Shown here in pieces: positions 1 to 8,823 of a stretch of DNA of 64,000 bases. The DNA comes from Alphaproteobacteria bacterium. GTDB lineage: Bacteria > Pseudomonadota > Alphaproteobacteria > Sphingomonadales > Emcibacteraceae. Below the pieces are notes generated by a model. The model did no database searches. It was not told where the DNA came from and saw only the letters and a program-made list of their open reading frames with translations. Position 1 is the first letter of the stretch; each line of letters begins with the position of its first letter. The stretch is taken from contig JAADFR010000097.1 in assembly GCA_013152755.1 (NCBI GenBank), forward strand, positions 1,316 through 65,315, written 5' to 3'. The position numbers and the translations under genes were made by a program.

Positions 1-1
1 C

Positions 2-301
2 AATCAATGGTATCTGAAGGCCGCAAATTTAGGCCACACCGCATCTCTGGTCCATATATTGCGCCTCTATCTGGACTATAAGGATTATGCCAATGCCCAT
101 TTGGCCTCAAACCGCCTGATCGAAGCGAAAAAGGCGGACGGTTATTTTTACAAAGCCATGATGGCCGAAAACGGTTGGGGCATGGCCCGTGACCTGACCC
201 GTGCCCGCACCCTCTATCAACAGGCCGCCGACAAACGCCACAGACGGGCAAAAATTGCCCTGAAACGTCTTGCAACACATCCTGAATCCGGGAAGGAATG
301 A
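2..301 (+). CDS. Sel1-like repeat protein, C-terminal fragment (5' end lies left of the window)
   Basis: The frame is open from nt 2. The translation NQWYLKAANLGHTASL...LYQQAADKRHRRAKIAL shows the Sel1 signature (WY-KAA--G). Stop TGA at 299-301. Track ORF 59..301 is the same frame. Confidence 0.75.
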   Translation, partial: NQWYLKAANLGHTASLVHILRLYLDYKDYANAHLASNRLIEAKKADGYFYKAMMAENGWGMARDLTRARTLYQQAADKRHRRAKIALKRLATHPESGKE

Positions 302-302
302 T

Positions 303-1310
303 ATGATACCCCAAGACAACTGGGATAATTTTGACCAATATAACGCCCGCGTCATTACCCCCCTTCGCACCGAAGCCCGGGCAAAAATGGCCTCCATAAA
401 AGACCGGAAACGCAAACGCGCCCTGCCTTTTTTTGCGCTGTCCCTTGTGTTGCTCGGCCTGTGGGGGATCACGGTAAAAACCGATTTGAACATCATTCCC
501 CTCATGTCCGGCGATAACATCCTATACTATTGGTTCGGGATAATTATTTTTGCCGCTGTGGGCACTATATTATTATTCTGGGGCAGCGAAAAACAAAAAA
601 TCAAGAGCTTTCTACTTGAACAGATCGTTGCTTTTCGAGGATGGGAAAGCGCTTTTCGGCCCGATCAATTTGATCTGATCTATGACCTGAAAAAAGAAAA
701 AACACCAATCGCACAGCTGTTAAAGGCCAAGGTGGGTTATAAACCTCGTATCGGGGAAAATCTGACCGGGTGCCTCACCCATAACCGTTATCAGGTCACC
801 CTGCCCCATTGTCAGATCACTGAAATGACCTGTTCCGCTCAATATTGTGAGGATAACGATGAGGATGGCCGTTCCATGGCCACACAATTCTTTAACGGAT
901 TGCTGATCACCGGTGATATGGGACAGGCATCCGGGGGATCGCTCGCCATATACCCGCAGGCCGATGTTCAATTTCCCGGTCAGGAAACCGTCGAGGACTT
1001 ATCCAACTATCTTGATATGGCTGAACAGATTTTACCTGATCCCTATCCAGAAAATTTTATTCTCTATTCCCCTAATGACACCGCACTGCCCAGTAAAATT
1101 CTGGCCATTGTTGATGAATTATCCAAAACCACCTTCCCGATCCGGCAATCTTATATCTGGATTTCCGGCAACAAATATATTCTGGCTCTGGATTTTGACC
1201 AATATTTTTTTGAGGGCGATCTCCTCAATTCCGATGAAGACATCCTAAAACTAAAGAATCTTCTGGCCGCGCTCGAAATCACATCAAACAAATTATTTAA
1301 ACTCACTTGA
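303..1310 (+). CDS. Hypothetical membrane protein with two N-terminal TM helices (possibly DUF3137-like; family name uncertain)
   Basis: Track ORF 270..1310. I prefer the ATG at 303, preceded by GGAAGGA (291-297) and lying just after the upstream stop. Hydrophobic stretches ALPFFALSLVLLGLWGI and ILYYWFGIIIFAAVGTILLFW. No catalytic motif recognised. Confidence 0.65.
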   Translation: MIPQDNWDNFDQYNARVITPLRTEARAKMASIKDRKRKRALPFFALSLVLLGLWGITVKTDLNIIPLMSGDNILYYWFGIIIFAAVGTILLFWGSEKQKIKSFLLEQIVAFRGWESAFRPDQFDLIYDLKKEKTPIAQLLKAKVGYKPRIGENLTGCLTHNRYQVTLPHCQITEMTCSAQYCEDNDEDGRSMATQFFNGLLITGDMGQASGGSLAIYPQADVQFPGQETVEDLSNYLDMAEQILPDPYPENFILYSPNDTALPSKILAIVDELSKTTFPIRQSYIWISGNKYILALDFDQYFFEGDLLNSDEDILKLKNLLAALEITSNKLFKLT

Positions 1311-1321
1311 AAGGACTTAAC

Positions 1322-1759
1322 ATGAGAAAATTCTGTAAAATACTGATGGCTATGCTGACCATCGCCGCATTATCCACCGCCGCACAGGCCAGCAGTAAAT
1401 CCTATCTGCTTGGCCTATCCTTCTTTCAGGACGGTGATGCAGAGAGCGCCCTGAAAATCTGGACGCCACTATCGAAACAGGGCGACCCGGATGCCCAGTT
1501 CATCATAGGGGCTCTCTATGAAAGCGGGCAATATGGCTACGAACAGTCTTATAAAAAAGCAGCAGAACTCTTTAGCAGTGCCGCAGAAAAAGGACACGCA
1601 CGATCACAATTTAATCTGGCCATGTTCTATTACGATGGCAGAGGTGTAGAAAAATCCATTGATAAAATGGTCTTCTGGTTAAAAAAGGCCGAAGCAAGTG
1701 GCATGCCCGAAGCAGCGGCGGCCCTTAAAGAAATTCAGAAAATAATCGCTGATAAATAA
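1322..1759 (+). CDS. Secreted Sel1-repeat protein (small)
   Basis: ATG at 1322 follows GAAAGGA; an alternative TTG at 1307 overlaps the upstream stop. Signal peptide MRKFCKILMAMLTIAALSTAAQA. Sel1 repeats (DAQFIIGALYESG..., KAAELFSSAAEKGHARSQFNLAMFYYDGRGV). Confidence 0.85.
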   Translation: MRKFCKILMAMLTIAALSTAAQASSKSYLLGLSFFQDGDAESALKIWTPLSKQGDPDAQFIIGALYESGQYGYEQSYKKAAELFSSAAEKGHARSQFNLAMFYYDGRGVEKSIDKMVFWLKKAEASGMPEAAAALKEIQKIIADK

Positions 1760-1784
1760 AAAAATCATGTGAGGGAAAAACACT

Positions 1785-3536
1785 GTGAGACAACATAAAA
1801 AAACGATATGTAGAATAGCCATTATTATCCTGTCCTGCCTGTTTTTCCTTCAAAAAGCGCAAGCTTTACCGCCCTATCTGGAAGGGTTAAAAGCCTACGA
1901 AAATGAGCAATATGACAAGGCCTATCGCATCTGGCTACCCTTGGCTGAAACGGGCGACAGCGGGGCGCAAGCGCATTTGGCCGTCCTGACCGATAACGGC
2001 CAGGGAACGCTTAAAGATATTAACAAGGTCGCCGCATGGTATAGTAAGGCCGCCGAACAGGGGTTGGCTGAGGCCCAATATAATCTGGGTGACCTATATC
2101 GTACCGGCGATGGGGTAGCGCAATCCTACGACAAAGCCCTGTTCTGGTATCGCAAGGCCGGCAATAACGGTCATATCAAAGCCCAGAATAGTCTGGGCCT
2201 GATGACCGCCAATGGGCTGGGTGTGGAAAAATCGCCCAAAACTGCCTTCGACTGGTTTATCAAGGCGGCGCAGCAGGGGCATATGGGCGCTCAATTACAG
2301 GTGGCCCAATATTTTGGTCAGGGAAAAATAATCAAATTCTCGGCAAAAGACGCCATATACTGGCTTAACAAAGCCGCTTTGCAGGGTAGCCCACAGGCCA
2401 AAAATATGCTCACCCAGTTGAACCAGCCCCTGCCCGGTCGAAAGCCGGTCCCCAAAGATTATCTTCTGGGTGAAAAATATCTGGAACAAGGCGATTATGA
2501 TCAAGCCTTCAATTTGTGGTTCCCCTTGATAAACACCCGGTATGTCAGCGCCATCAACGGCGTTGGCGCCTTGTTTTTTGAGGGGAAAGGCGTCCCTAAA
2601 TCCTATGACAGGGCCGTATATTTTTTTCGGCAGGCGGCCAAAGAGGGGAACGGGGCGGCGCAAACCAATCTGGCCTATATGTATGAAAAAGGGCTGGGGG
2701 TTGAGCAATCTGATGAACTGGCCTTTCACTGGTATCTTCGCGCCGCAAACCTTGGATTTGCACAGGCCCAGAGTCAGGTTGGCGGCCTGTATCTTGGTGG
2801 GATCGGTACAGAGAAATCTCTGGCACAGGCGGTCTATTGGCTCAGGCAAGCCGCCCTGCAAGACTATCCGGCGGCAGAAAGTATTTTGGGGTTTCTCTAC
2901 TTCAAGGGGTTCGGCCTGCCGCAATCCGTCCATGCCGCCCTATATTGGTTTACGCGCGCCGCCGATCAAGGGGATATTATGGCCGCCCGTAGCCTGGGCA
3001 CCTTTTATGAAGAAGGATATGCCGTCAGCAAGTCTTTCCCACAGGCCATCACATGGTACCAGAAAGCCGCCGAGGCGGGCGATGCGGAGGCGCAATATCT
3101 GTTGGGGCAGCTCTATTATTACGGCAAGGGTACAAAGAAATCCTATGTCAAAGCCCACGCTCTTTTTCTGAATTCGGCCCGGCAAGGCGACCCGAGGGGG
3201 CAATTCTTCATGGGGCTAATGTATGAAAACGGCGAAGGTGTCGCAACCTCGCAAGTTGCCGCACGGCAATGGTACAGCATGTCTGCCAAACAGGGCTATG
3301 CCCTCAGTAAATATGCCCTGAACCATTACCAGAAAATGCGGGAGAAAAAGATAGCTGATGCCCGTTTTGAGGCCTTGAAATATGTGGACAGAAGACGCCG
3401 CTATTACGCGCCGGACCCCCGTATTCAGACCATTGACACCGGTTATCGTTTCGTTACCCAGACCCGATATGCCAATGGTAAAAGCTTTAAAGTCATGGCC
3501 TATAAGAAAATGTATAAACGACGGGTCATCAGATAA
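1785..3536 (+). CDS. Secreted Sel1-repeat protein (large, about a dozen repeats, basic C-terminal tail)
   Basis: GTG start after GAGGGA. Signal-like N-terminus IAIIILSCLFFLQKAQA. Repeated A-WY-KAA-QG--AQ--LG--Y--G-GV units run throughout. Ends in the K/R-rich tail ...KKMYKRRVIR. Confidence 0.9.
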   Translation: MRQHKKTICRIAIIILSCLFFLQKAQALPPYLEGLKAYENEQYDKAYRIWLPLAETGDSGAQAHLAVLTDNGQGTLKDINKVAAWYSKAAEQGLAEAQYNLGDLYRTGDGVAQSYDKALFWYRKAGNNGHIKAQNSLGLMTANGLGVEKSPKTAFDWFIKAAQQGHMGAQLQVAQYFGQGKIIKFSAKDAIYWLNKAALQGSPQAKNMLTQLNQPLPGRKPVPKDYLLGEKYLEQGDYDQAFNLWFPLINTRYVSAINGVGALFFEGKGVPKSYDRAVYFFRQAAKEGNGAAQTNLAYMYEKGLGVEQSDELAFHWYLRAANLGFAQAQSQVGGLYLGGIGTEKSLAQAVYWLRQAALQDYPAAESILGFLYFKGFGLPQSVHAALYWFTRAADQGDIMAARSLGTFYEEGYAVSKSFPQAITWYQKAAEAGDAEAQYLLGQLYYYGKGTKKSYVKAHALFLNSARQGDPRGQFFMGLMYENGEGVATSQVAARQWYSMSAKQGYALSKYALNHYQKMREKKIADARFEALKYVDRRRRYYAPDPRIQTIDTGYRFVTQTRYANGKSFKVMAYKKMYKRRVIR

Positions 3537-3617
3537 GCCTTGCGTCATATCAGGCGGATTGTCTAACATGACAGATATCAATAACGGTAAAATCCGAAAA
3601 TATATTGGGAAGGCGAT

Positions 3618-6584
3618 GTGATCATTTCAAAGGCATGTAAAATATTTACCCTCTTGTGGCTCATCCTGATCGCCCAAACTATCCCCGCCTTTTCAACGGA
3701 AACAGAGAAACGCCTCTGTGGCCCAAAGGCGCTAACTGCCGGTGACCTTACGCTGCGCTTTGACTGTGCCCGGGAAATGGACGCAGACGGGGTCAAATTT
3801 GATGACCGCTATGCTGTCATACAGGGTATTTTACAAAATGCCAGAGAGATACTGCCCCAAAATGATGTGACAATCGCCCGTATTCTCCTCCTCATGTCTT
3901 TTCTGGATTTGGACAAGGGAAACGCCAAACAAGGCAAGCACTATACAGAAGAGGCGCTGAATATTTTTGCCGCCCACAAAGACCATACCTCCCCCCACTA
4001 TGCCCATGCCCTGCTCGCCCGGGCCAGTGCGGAAACCGGCCTTGGAGATTTTGCTCCGGCAGAAAAAGACTTTCTTGCCGCCCGCAAAATACTGGAAAAT
4101 AATTCGGATCCGGAAGCCGTGAAGCTCCTGCCCACCCTTTATTTTCAGCTTGGCATCCATAAGGCTAGCCGGGGCCTTTTTGCTGAGGGCGCTGCCTTTA
4201 TGGGAAAGGCCTATGACGCCATAATAAAAACAAACCCCGATGACTTTCTGGTGGCCAATGCGGCCCTGGCAGAGGCCGGGATGCTGTCCAGCGCCCGCGC
4301 GCCCGAGGCCGAGGAAAAAGCCCGCCGCGCCGTTGAGACCGCCCGGCGCATAATGGGGCCAACCCATACGGAATTTGCCACCAGCCTTGAGGTTCTGGGC
4401 ATTGAGCTCCAGCGGCAGGGCCGGATGCGGGAAGCGGGAGATATTCTGATCAAGGCTGTGGCCATCAAAAAGGCAAATCTTGGCATGAGTAACATGCGCC
4501 TTGGTTATGCCCTGCATAATCTGGCCACGCTAAAAAATGACCTTGGAGAGGTGGATGCCGGGCTGGCCCTGATGGAAGATGCCCGCACTATCTTCCTCAA
4601 TACGGTTGGGCCGGATAATTTTATCACCATCAACAGCCAAATGGGTATTGCCCGTTCCCATGAAGCAATGGGCCATGACGAAATTGCCCTGAAAGAGAAA
4701 GAACGGCGGCATGTCGTTAAAGCCTTTGAAAAAATACTGGAAAAAAATCACCGGGATATTTATTTTGCCCGCATGGGACTGATCCAGTCTCTTATCGGGG
4801 CCAAAGATTATCGTGAAGCCATGGCACAGGCGGAACTGGGCTGGCAGGTCGTGTCCACCCTACCTGATGACCATATCCACCGGACATATTTTCAAATCCT
4901 GCTTGGCTATACTAAAATTCTCAATGGCCTGACAAGGGAAGGTTGGTCCATGGTAACAACGGGCCTACACAGATTGAAATTTGAGGTTACCCAAGTAAGG
5001 ATTCTGGAAAAAGGTGGTAAAATTTCCCGTTTTTACAGTGGGGCCTTTAAATATGTGCTGGCCGCCGCCTATGAAATGGATAAGCCGGATGTGGGTTTTG
5101 ACGTTGCCCAATATCTTATGGAAACGGAGCTGGCCGGTGCCGCCGGGGCGGTAACGCAGCGTTTATCGGAAAAAGACCCCGCCTTTGCCAAAAAACACAA
5201 GACTCTTTCCGACAAGCGTGCCGCACTGAGGGAAGACACGGCCACCTATCAAAAGAATATTGCCGACGGGACGGACAAAGAAACCATATTGGCCGAGCTT
5301 GAACAACATGCCATCACCATCAAAACATTGGAAAACGACCTAGAGAAGGCCTATCCCCGCTGGTCTCAGAGCGAAAACCTGCCTATTGCATCCCGCAAAG
5401 AGGCCCAGAATAAACTGGCCAGGAATGAAACTATTTTGCTGACCCTGAATACATTACATTATGTTTATAGCATCGCCCTGACCAAAGACCGGATTGCCTT
5501 TGACCGGACCAAAATTCATCAGGTGGATGTCAGGGCGAAAATCCGCAACATTCGCCGGAGTCTCTCTCAAAACCCACTCCTGATACAGGGCAAAGGCAAA
5601 AAAGATCCCGACTTTGATCTCAAGAGTTCATATGACCTATATCAGATTATTTTCAGCCGCAAAATCAGAAAGGCCACGGGCAAAACAAACCATCTTTTTG
5701 TCATATCCAATGCCACCTTTTCGTCCCTGCCCTTTTCCTTGCTGGTGACAAAAAAAACGGCCGGGCGTAATATGACCAAGAAGCTGAAAAAAGCCAAATG
5801 GCTCATCCGGGATATGGCCATACAGCGGTTGGCCTCTATTGGTACATTCAGGGCTGTATCCGGACGGGATACACCTAAAAAACAACAGATGTTCATTGGA
5901 ATCGGTGCCCCCAGCCTGTTGAAAGATAACGCCGCCGTTTCGGAAACGTCGGACGGATATTATAGAAATGGTCAAGCCAATAGGGATGCCCTCAGGTCTT
6001 TGTCTGCCCTGCCCGGCGCACAGGCGGAGCTGGACCAGCTTCATGATTTTTACGGCAAAGAAAAATCACAACTGTTCACCGGAAAGACCGCCACTGAACG
6101 CGCCATCAAGCAGATAGACTTTGATAATGCGCATCTTGTGGTCTTTGCCACTCATGGGCTGATCAGCGGGCAGTTCGGCACCCTCACGGAGCCGGCACTG
6201 GTCCTAACCCCGCCGGACAAGGTCACGGGGCAGGATGACGGGCTGTTAACCGCCTCCGAAATATCGCTGATGAGCATACCCGCCGAATGGGTGATCCTGT
6301 CCGCCTGTAACACAGCGGCAGGGAACAGCGTTGGAGCCGCAGGCTTCACCGGTCTTGGCCGGGCCTTTATCTATGCAGGGGCAAAGGCAGTTTTATTGTC
6401 CCATTGGCCCATACGGGATGACATCGCGGGCCGGATTTCCACAGGCAGCATTGCCTATGCCAGAACCGCCAAAGACAAGGCCGAGGCCCTGCGTCTGGCC
6501 ATATTGGACATCATGAAGGATCGCACGCTTGATTATGGCTACCACCCGCTTCTCTGGGCCCCGTTCGAGCTTCTGGAGCGTTAG
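3618..6584 (+). CDS. TPR-repeat protein with C-terminal CHAT (caspase-like) protease domain and N-terminal signal peptide
   Basis: 988-aa ORF with GTG start after GGGAAGG. N-terminus KIFTLLWLILIAQTIPAFS. TPR-like helical repeats in the N-terminal two thirds. CHAT dyad context VVFATHG (His codon 6153-6155) and ILSACNTAAG (Cys codon 6306-6308). Confidence 0.9.
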   Translation: MIISKACKIFTLLWLILIAQTIPAFSTETEKRLCGPKALTAGDLTLRFDCAREMDADGVKFDDRYAVIQGILQNAREILPQNDVTIARILLLMSFLDLDKGNAKQGKHYTEEALNIFAAHKDHTSPHYAHALLARASAETGLGDFAPAEKDFLAARKILENNSDPEAVKLLPTLYFQLGIHKASRGLFAEGAAFMGKAYDAIIKTNPDDFLVANAALAEAGMLSSARAPEAEEKARRAVETARRIMGPTHTEFATSLEVLGIELQRQGRMREAGDILIKAVAIKKANLGMSNMRLGYALHNLATLKNDLGEVDAGLALMEDARTIFLNTVGPDNFITINSQMGIARSHEAMGHDEIALKEKERRHVVKAFEKILEKNHRDIYFARMGLIQSLIGAKDYREAMAQAELGWQVVSTLPDDHIHRTYFQILLGYTKILNGLTREGWSMVTTGLHRLKFEVTQVRILEKGGKISRFYSGAFKYVLAAAYEMDKPDVGFDVAQYLMETELAGAAGAVTQRLSEKDPAFAKKHKTLSDKRAALREDTATYQKNIADGTDKETILAELEQHAITIKTLENDLEKAYPRWSQSENLPIASRKEAQNKLARNETILLTLNTLHYVYSIALTKDRIAFDRTKIHQVDVRAKIRNIRRSLSQNPLLIQGKGKKDPDFDLKSSYDLYQIIFSRKIRKATGKTNHLFVISNATFSSLPFSLLVTKKTAGRNMTKKLKKAKWLIRDMAIQRLASIGTFRAVSGRDTPKKQQMFIGIGAPSLLKDNAAVSETSDGYYRNGQANRDALRSLSALPGAQAELDQLHDFYGKEKSQLFTGKTATERAIKQIDFDNAHLVVFATHGLISGQFGTLTEPALVLTPPDKVTGQDDGLLTASEISLMSIPAEWVILSACNTAAGNSVGAAGFTGLGRAFIYAGAKAVLLSHWPIRDDIAGRISTGSIAYARTAKDKAEALRLAILDIMKDRTLDYGYHPLLWAPFELLER

Positions 6585-6663
6585 AGCATAAAATATAGAC
6601 CCATAATAAGCCCGGAAAAAATGCCGGAAATAAAGATAATGGTTGTTAAGCGGTCCATGGTGT

Positions 6664-7281
6664 TCACAGGTCATCTTCTGTAAAATCAGACAGGCAATGG
6701 CGAAATACCTTGGCGGCAATCTCCAGACTGCTGTGGGCCCCCATTTTTTCCCTGAGCTGACGCAATTGGGACCGTACCGTGTCAATGGAAACCTGCCTGA
6801 TCTCGGCTATTTTCACTGTGGTCGTTCCCTCGGCAATCAACTGGGCAATCAAGGCCTCTGCGGCGGATAAGCCATATCTTTCGCGCAAACTGTCCATTGA
6901 GTGTTCCAAACGAGATGACATGGTGACGACCTCCGATACCAAAAGGGTGATATTCTGATCAAACCCCCGGTCAATAACCTGTAAATTAATTTTCTTTTGT
7001 GTGTCGTTCGAGAGATTTACGCTGATCATATCCTCATCGAATTTACCGGATACCAACCTTTGAAGTTTATAGCGGTTTTCAAAGCTGAGCGTCTGCAACA
7101 TGCCGCCACCAAGAGCCATAGCGTCGGGGGGCAAAAGATCCCTGAACAGGTCATTGGACCAAATGATCTTCAATTCCCGGTTCAGAATACAAAGCGCAAA
7201 GGGCAACGCGTGATAGGCACCATCCGAATAACTGCGATAATGCTGATGGTCATAAGCCGGACTTTCTGTGCGATAGATCAT
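6664..7281 (-). CDS. LuxR-family transcriptional regulator (PAS-like N-terminus, C-terminal HTH)
   Basis: C-terminal LSAAEALIAQLIAEGTTTVKIAEIRQVSIDTVRSQLRQLREKMG is a LuxR/GerE-type HTH. The N-terminal half resembles a PAS fold (LCILNRELKIIWSNDLF). Confidence 0.85.
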   Translation of the reverse strand: MIYRTESPAYDHQHYRSYSDGAYHALPFALCILNRELKIIWSNDLFRDLLPPDAMALGGGMLQTLSFENRYKLQRLVSGKFDEDMISVNLSNDTQKKINLQVIDRGFDQNITLLVSEVVTMSSRLEHSMDSLRERYGLSAAEALIAQLIAEGTTTVKIAEIRQVSIDTVRSQLRQLREKMGAHSSLEIAAKVFRHCLSDFTEDDL

Positions 7282-7446
7282 ATTTCATTCTCCGTAACGC
7301 TGTTCGGTTACAGACTATCTAAAGGCCGGTAAAATGATTAATGACAAAGGCTGTTAGAATCGCCATCCCGGAAAACTAACAGTATTTGTCACGAAAAACG
7401 GGAGATATTTAAGGAACCATCCCCCAATCAAGGGACGAAATCTTGG

Positions 7447-8049
7447 TTAATTTGTGATCAGATAGTAATATTCTTCCTGGCCACCGGTATTTTTTATCTC
7501 AATTCGGTAAGGCCCGGTCCAGGCGGGAAACCATTTACAGGTAACAAATTTTTTGATATTTTTATGATGACAAACAGTCTTCCCATCCGCCTCATCGGCC
7601 ATGATTTTAATGTCAAAGGCAGAAGACTGCCCAAGGCGCAGAGACACCTCTGCCGCGCGGGTCGCATAAAATGTTTCCCGAAATATGGTCTTACCCGCCG
7701 AAACCAGCGACCCGTTCCGATAGGCCGGACCAACGATGCGCCCCCGGGTGGGAATATCAGTTTGCGTGCCGGATTGAGCGGAGATTTTATCCGCTTCCTG
7801 CTGCCATACATCGGCCAGATTTTGACTGCCGCCTTCTGCCGGATAAGCGCCCGACGCCCTCAGCAAAATTGCCGCCGTCCTAAGTTTAGCCGCATCCTGA
7901 TTTCGTCGGCCCTCTTCCGCAGAATCAATAGCCCGCATCACAAGGGAATCGCCTTGTGGATTTTGCCGCGCCGTACTGCATCCGACAACCAAAAGCACCA
8001 ACAGCAAAATACTGACAGGGTGCCGTCCTATACGCATAAAAATTTTCAT
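7447..8049 (-). CDS. Hypothetical lipoprotein
   Basis: The track ORF extends to 8184, but the ATG at 8049 (or 8037) gives MKIFMRIGRHPVSILLLVLLVVGC with a lipobox (VVGC). The rest has no recognisable motif. Divergent from the response regulator gene. Confidence 0.65.
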   Translation of the reverse strand: MKIFMRIGRHPVSILLLVLLVVGCSTARQNPQGDSLVMRAIDSAEEGRRNQDAAKLRTAAILLRASGAYPAEGGSQNLADVWQQEADKISAQSGTQTDIPTRGRIVGPAYRNGSLVSAGKTIFRETFYATRAAEVSLRLGQSSAFDIKIMADEADGKTVCHHKNIKKFVTCKWFPAWTGPYRIEIKNTGGQEEYYYLITN

Positions 8050-8139
8050 AACGAACAAATAGTACAATTTCTTGCAAAAATAGTAAATACTGGCAAAATA
8101 AAATGCTGTGCTAACTCTGTTATGGAAATTATTGCCCCC

Positions 8140-8823
8140 ATGAAAGCTCTGTGTCTGGAAGATGATACCGTTATCGCCGATCATATTATTGATCTGTTAC
8201 AGTCCGCCGGTTGGCAGGTCACCGCCGCCCGCAACCTTGCCGCCGCAACTAAAGCCATCACGAATGAGGATTTTGACCTTCTGGTTCTGGACCGGATGCT
8301 TCCAGACGGGGATAGTTTGGGGTTTTTAAGAAAACTCAGACAGAATGATGTCCAGACCCCGGCAATTATACTGACCGCGCTGGGCCGTACCGAAGATAAA
8401 ATTGACGGCTATGACTCCGGTGCCGATGATTACCTGCCCAAGCCGTTCGAGGCCGCAGAGTTTAATGCCCGCATCAAAGCCCTGCTTCGGCGGGCGGCTT
8501 ACGGCGAACAGAAAGACATGCTAAAAATTGGCCAGTTGGAGCTGCGGACCAAAGCCCGCACCGTGTTCCACGGCGAAAATTTCATTGACCTCAGCCCAAA
8601 AGAATTTGAACTTCTGCATTATTTCATGGCCCGGGAGAATGACATTATCACCCGGGATATGCTGCTGAGGGATGTATGGGGCTTGAATTTTGATCCGGGG
8701 ACAAATGTCATAGATGTCAATATCGGGCGGCTGCGCAAAAGAATTCAACAGGGCGGTGACAGCGTCCAACTGACCACCGTTCGGGGCATTGGATTCAAAC
8801 TGGAAGAAAAGGGGTCGGATTGA
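8140..8823 (+). CDS. OmpR-family response regulator
   Basis: Track ORF 7564..8823 is trimmed to the ATG at 8140 (MKALCLEDD...; alternative 8122). Receiver motifs DLLVLDRMLPDGDS and KPF. Winged-helix C-terminus (LSPKEFELLHYF, TVRGIGFKL). Confidence 0.9.
   Translation: MKALCLEDDTVIADHIIDLLQSAGWQVTAARNLAAATKAITNEDFDLLVLDRMLPDGDSLGFLRKLRQNDVQTPAIILTALGRTEDKIDGYDSGADDYLPKPFEAAEFNARIKALLRRAAYGEQKDMLKIGQLELRTKARTVFHGENFIDLSPKEFELLHYFMARENDIITRDMLLRDVWGLNFDPGTNVIDVNIGRLRKRIQQGGDSVQLTTVRGIGFKLEEKGSD

Noticed and set aside
2295-2933. A 212-aa antisense ORF inside the large Sel1 gene; similar cases at 3831..4517, 4211..4495, 23579..24088, 58580..59047 and 17332..17728
   Set aside because: These are shadow ORFs opposite well-supported genes. 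Their translations are low-complexity or Arg/Pro/Gly-rich with no motifs, and none has a convincing SD.
3618-6584. The CHAT protease as part of an antiphage or CRISPR-associated (Craspase-like) or STAND defence system
   Set aside because: No CRISPR array, cas genes, NTPase or nuclease partners are nearby. The apparent signal peptide and the secreted Sel1 neighbours argue for an extracytoplasmic role, so it is reported instead as an unexplained secreted module.
7564-8139. A 192-codon in-frame N-terminal extension of the response regulator ORF (track ORF 7564..8823, 419 aa)
   Set aside because: The extension is antisense to the lipoprotein gene, has no domain features and is Arg/Pro-rich, like a shadow frame. 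A normal receiver domain begins at the ATG at 8140.
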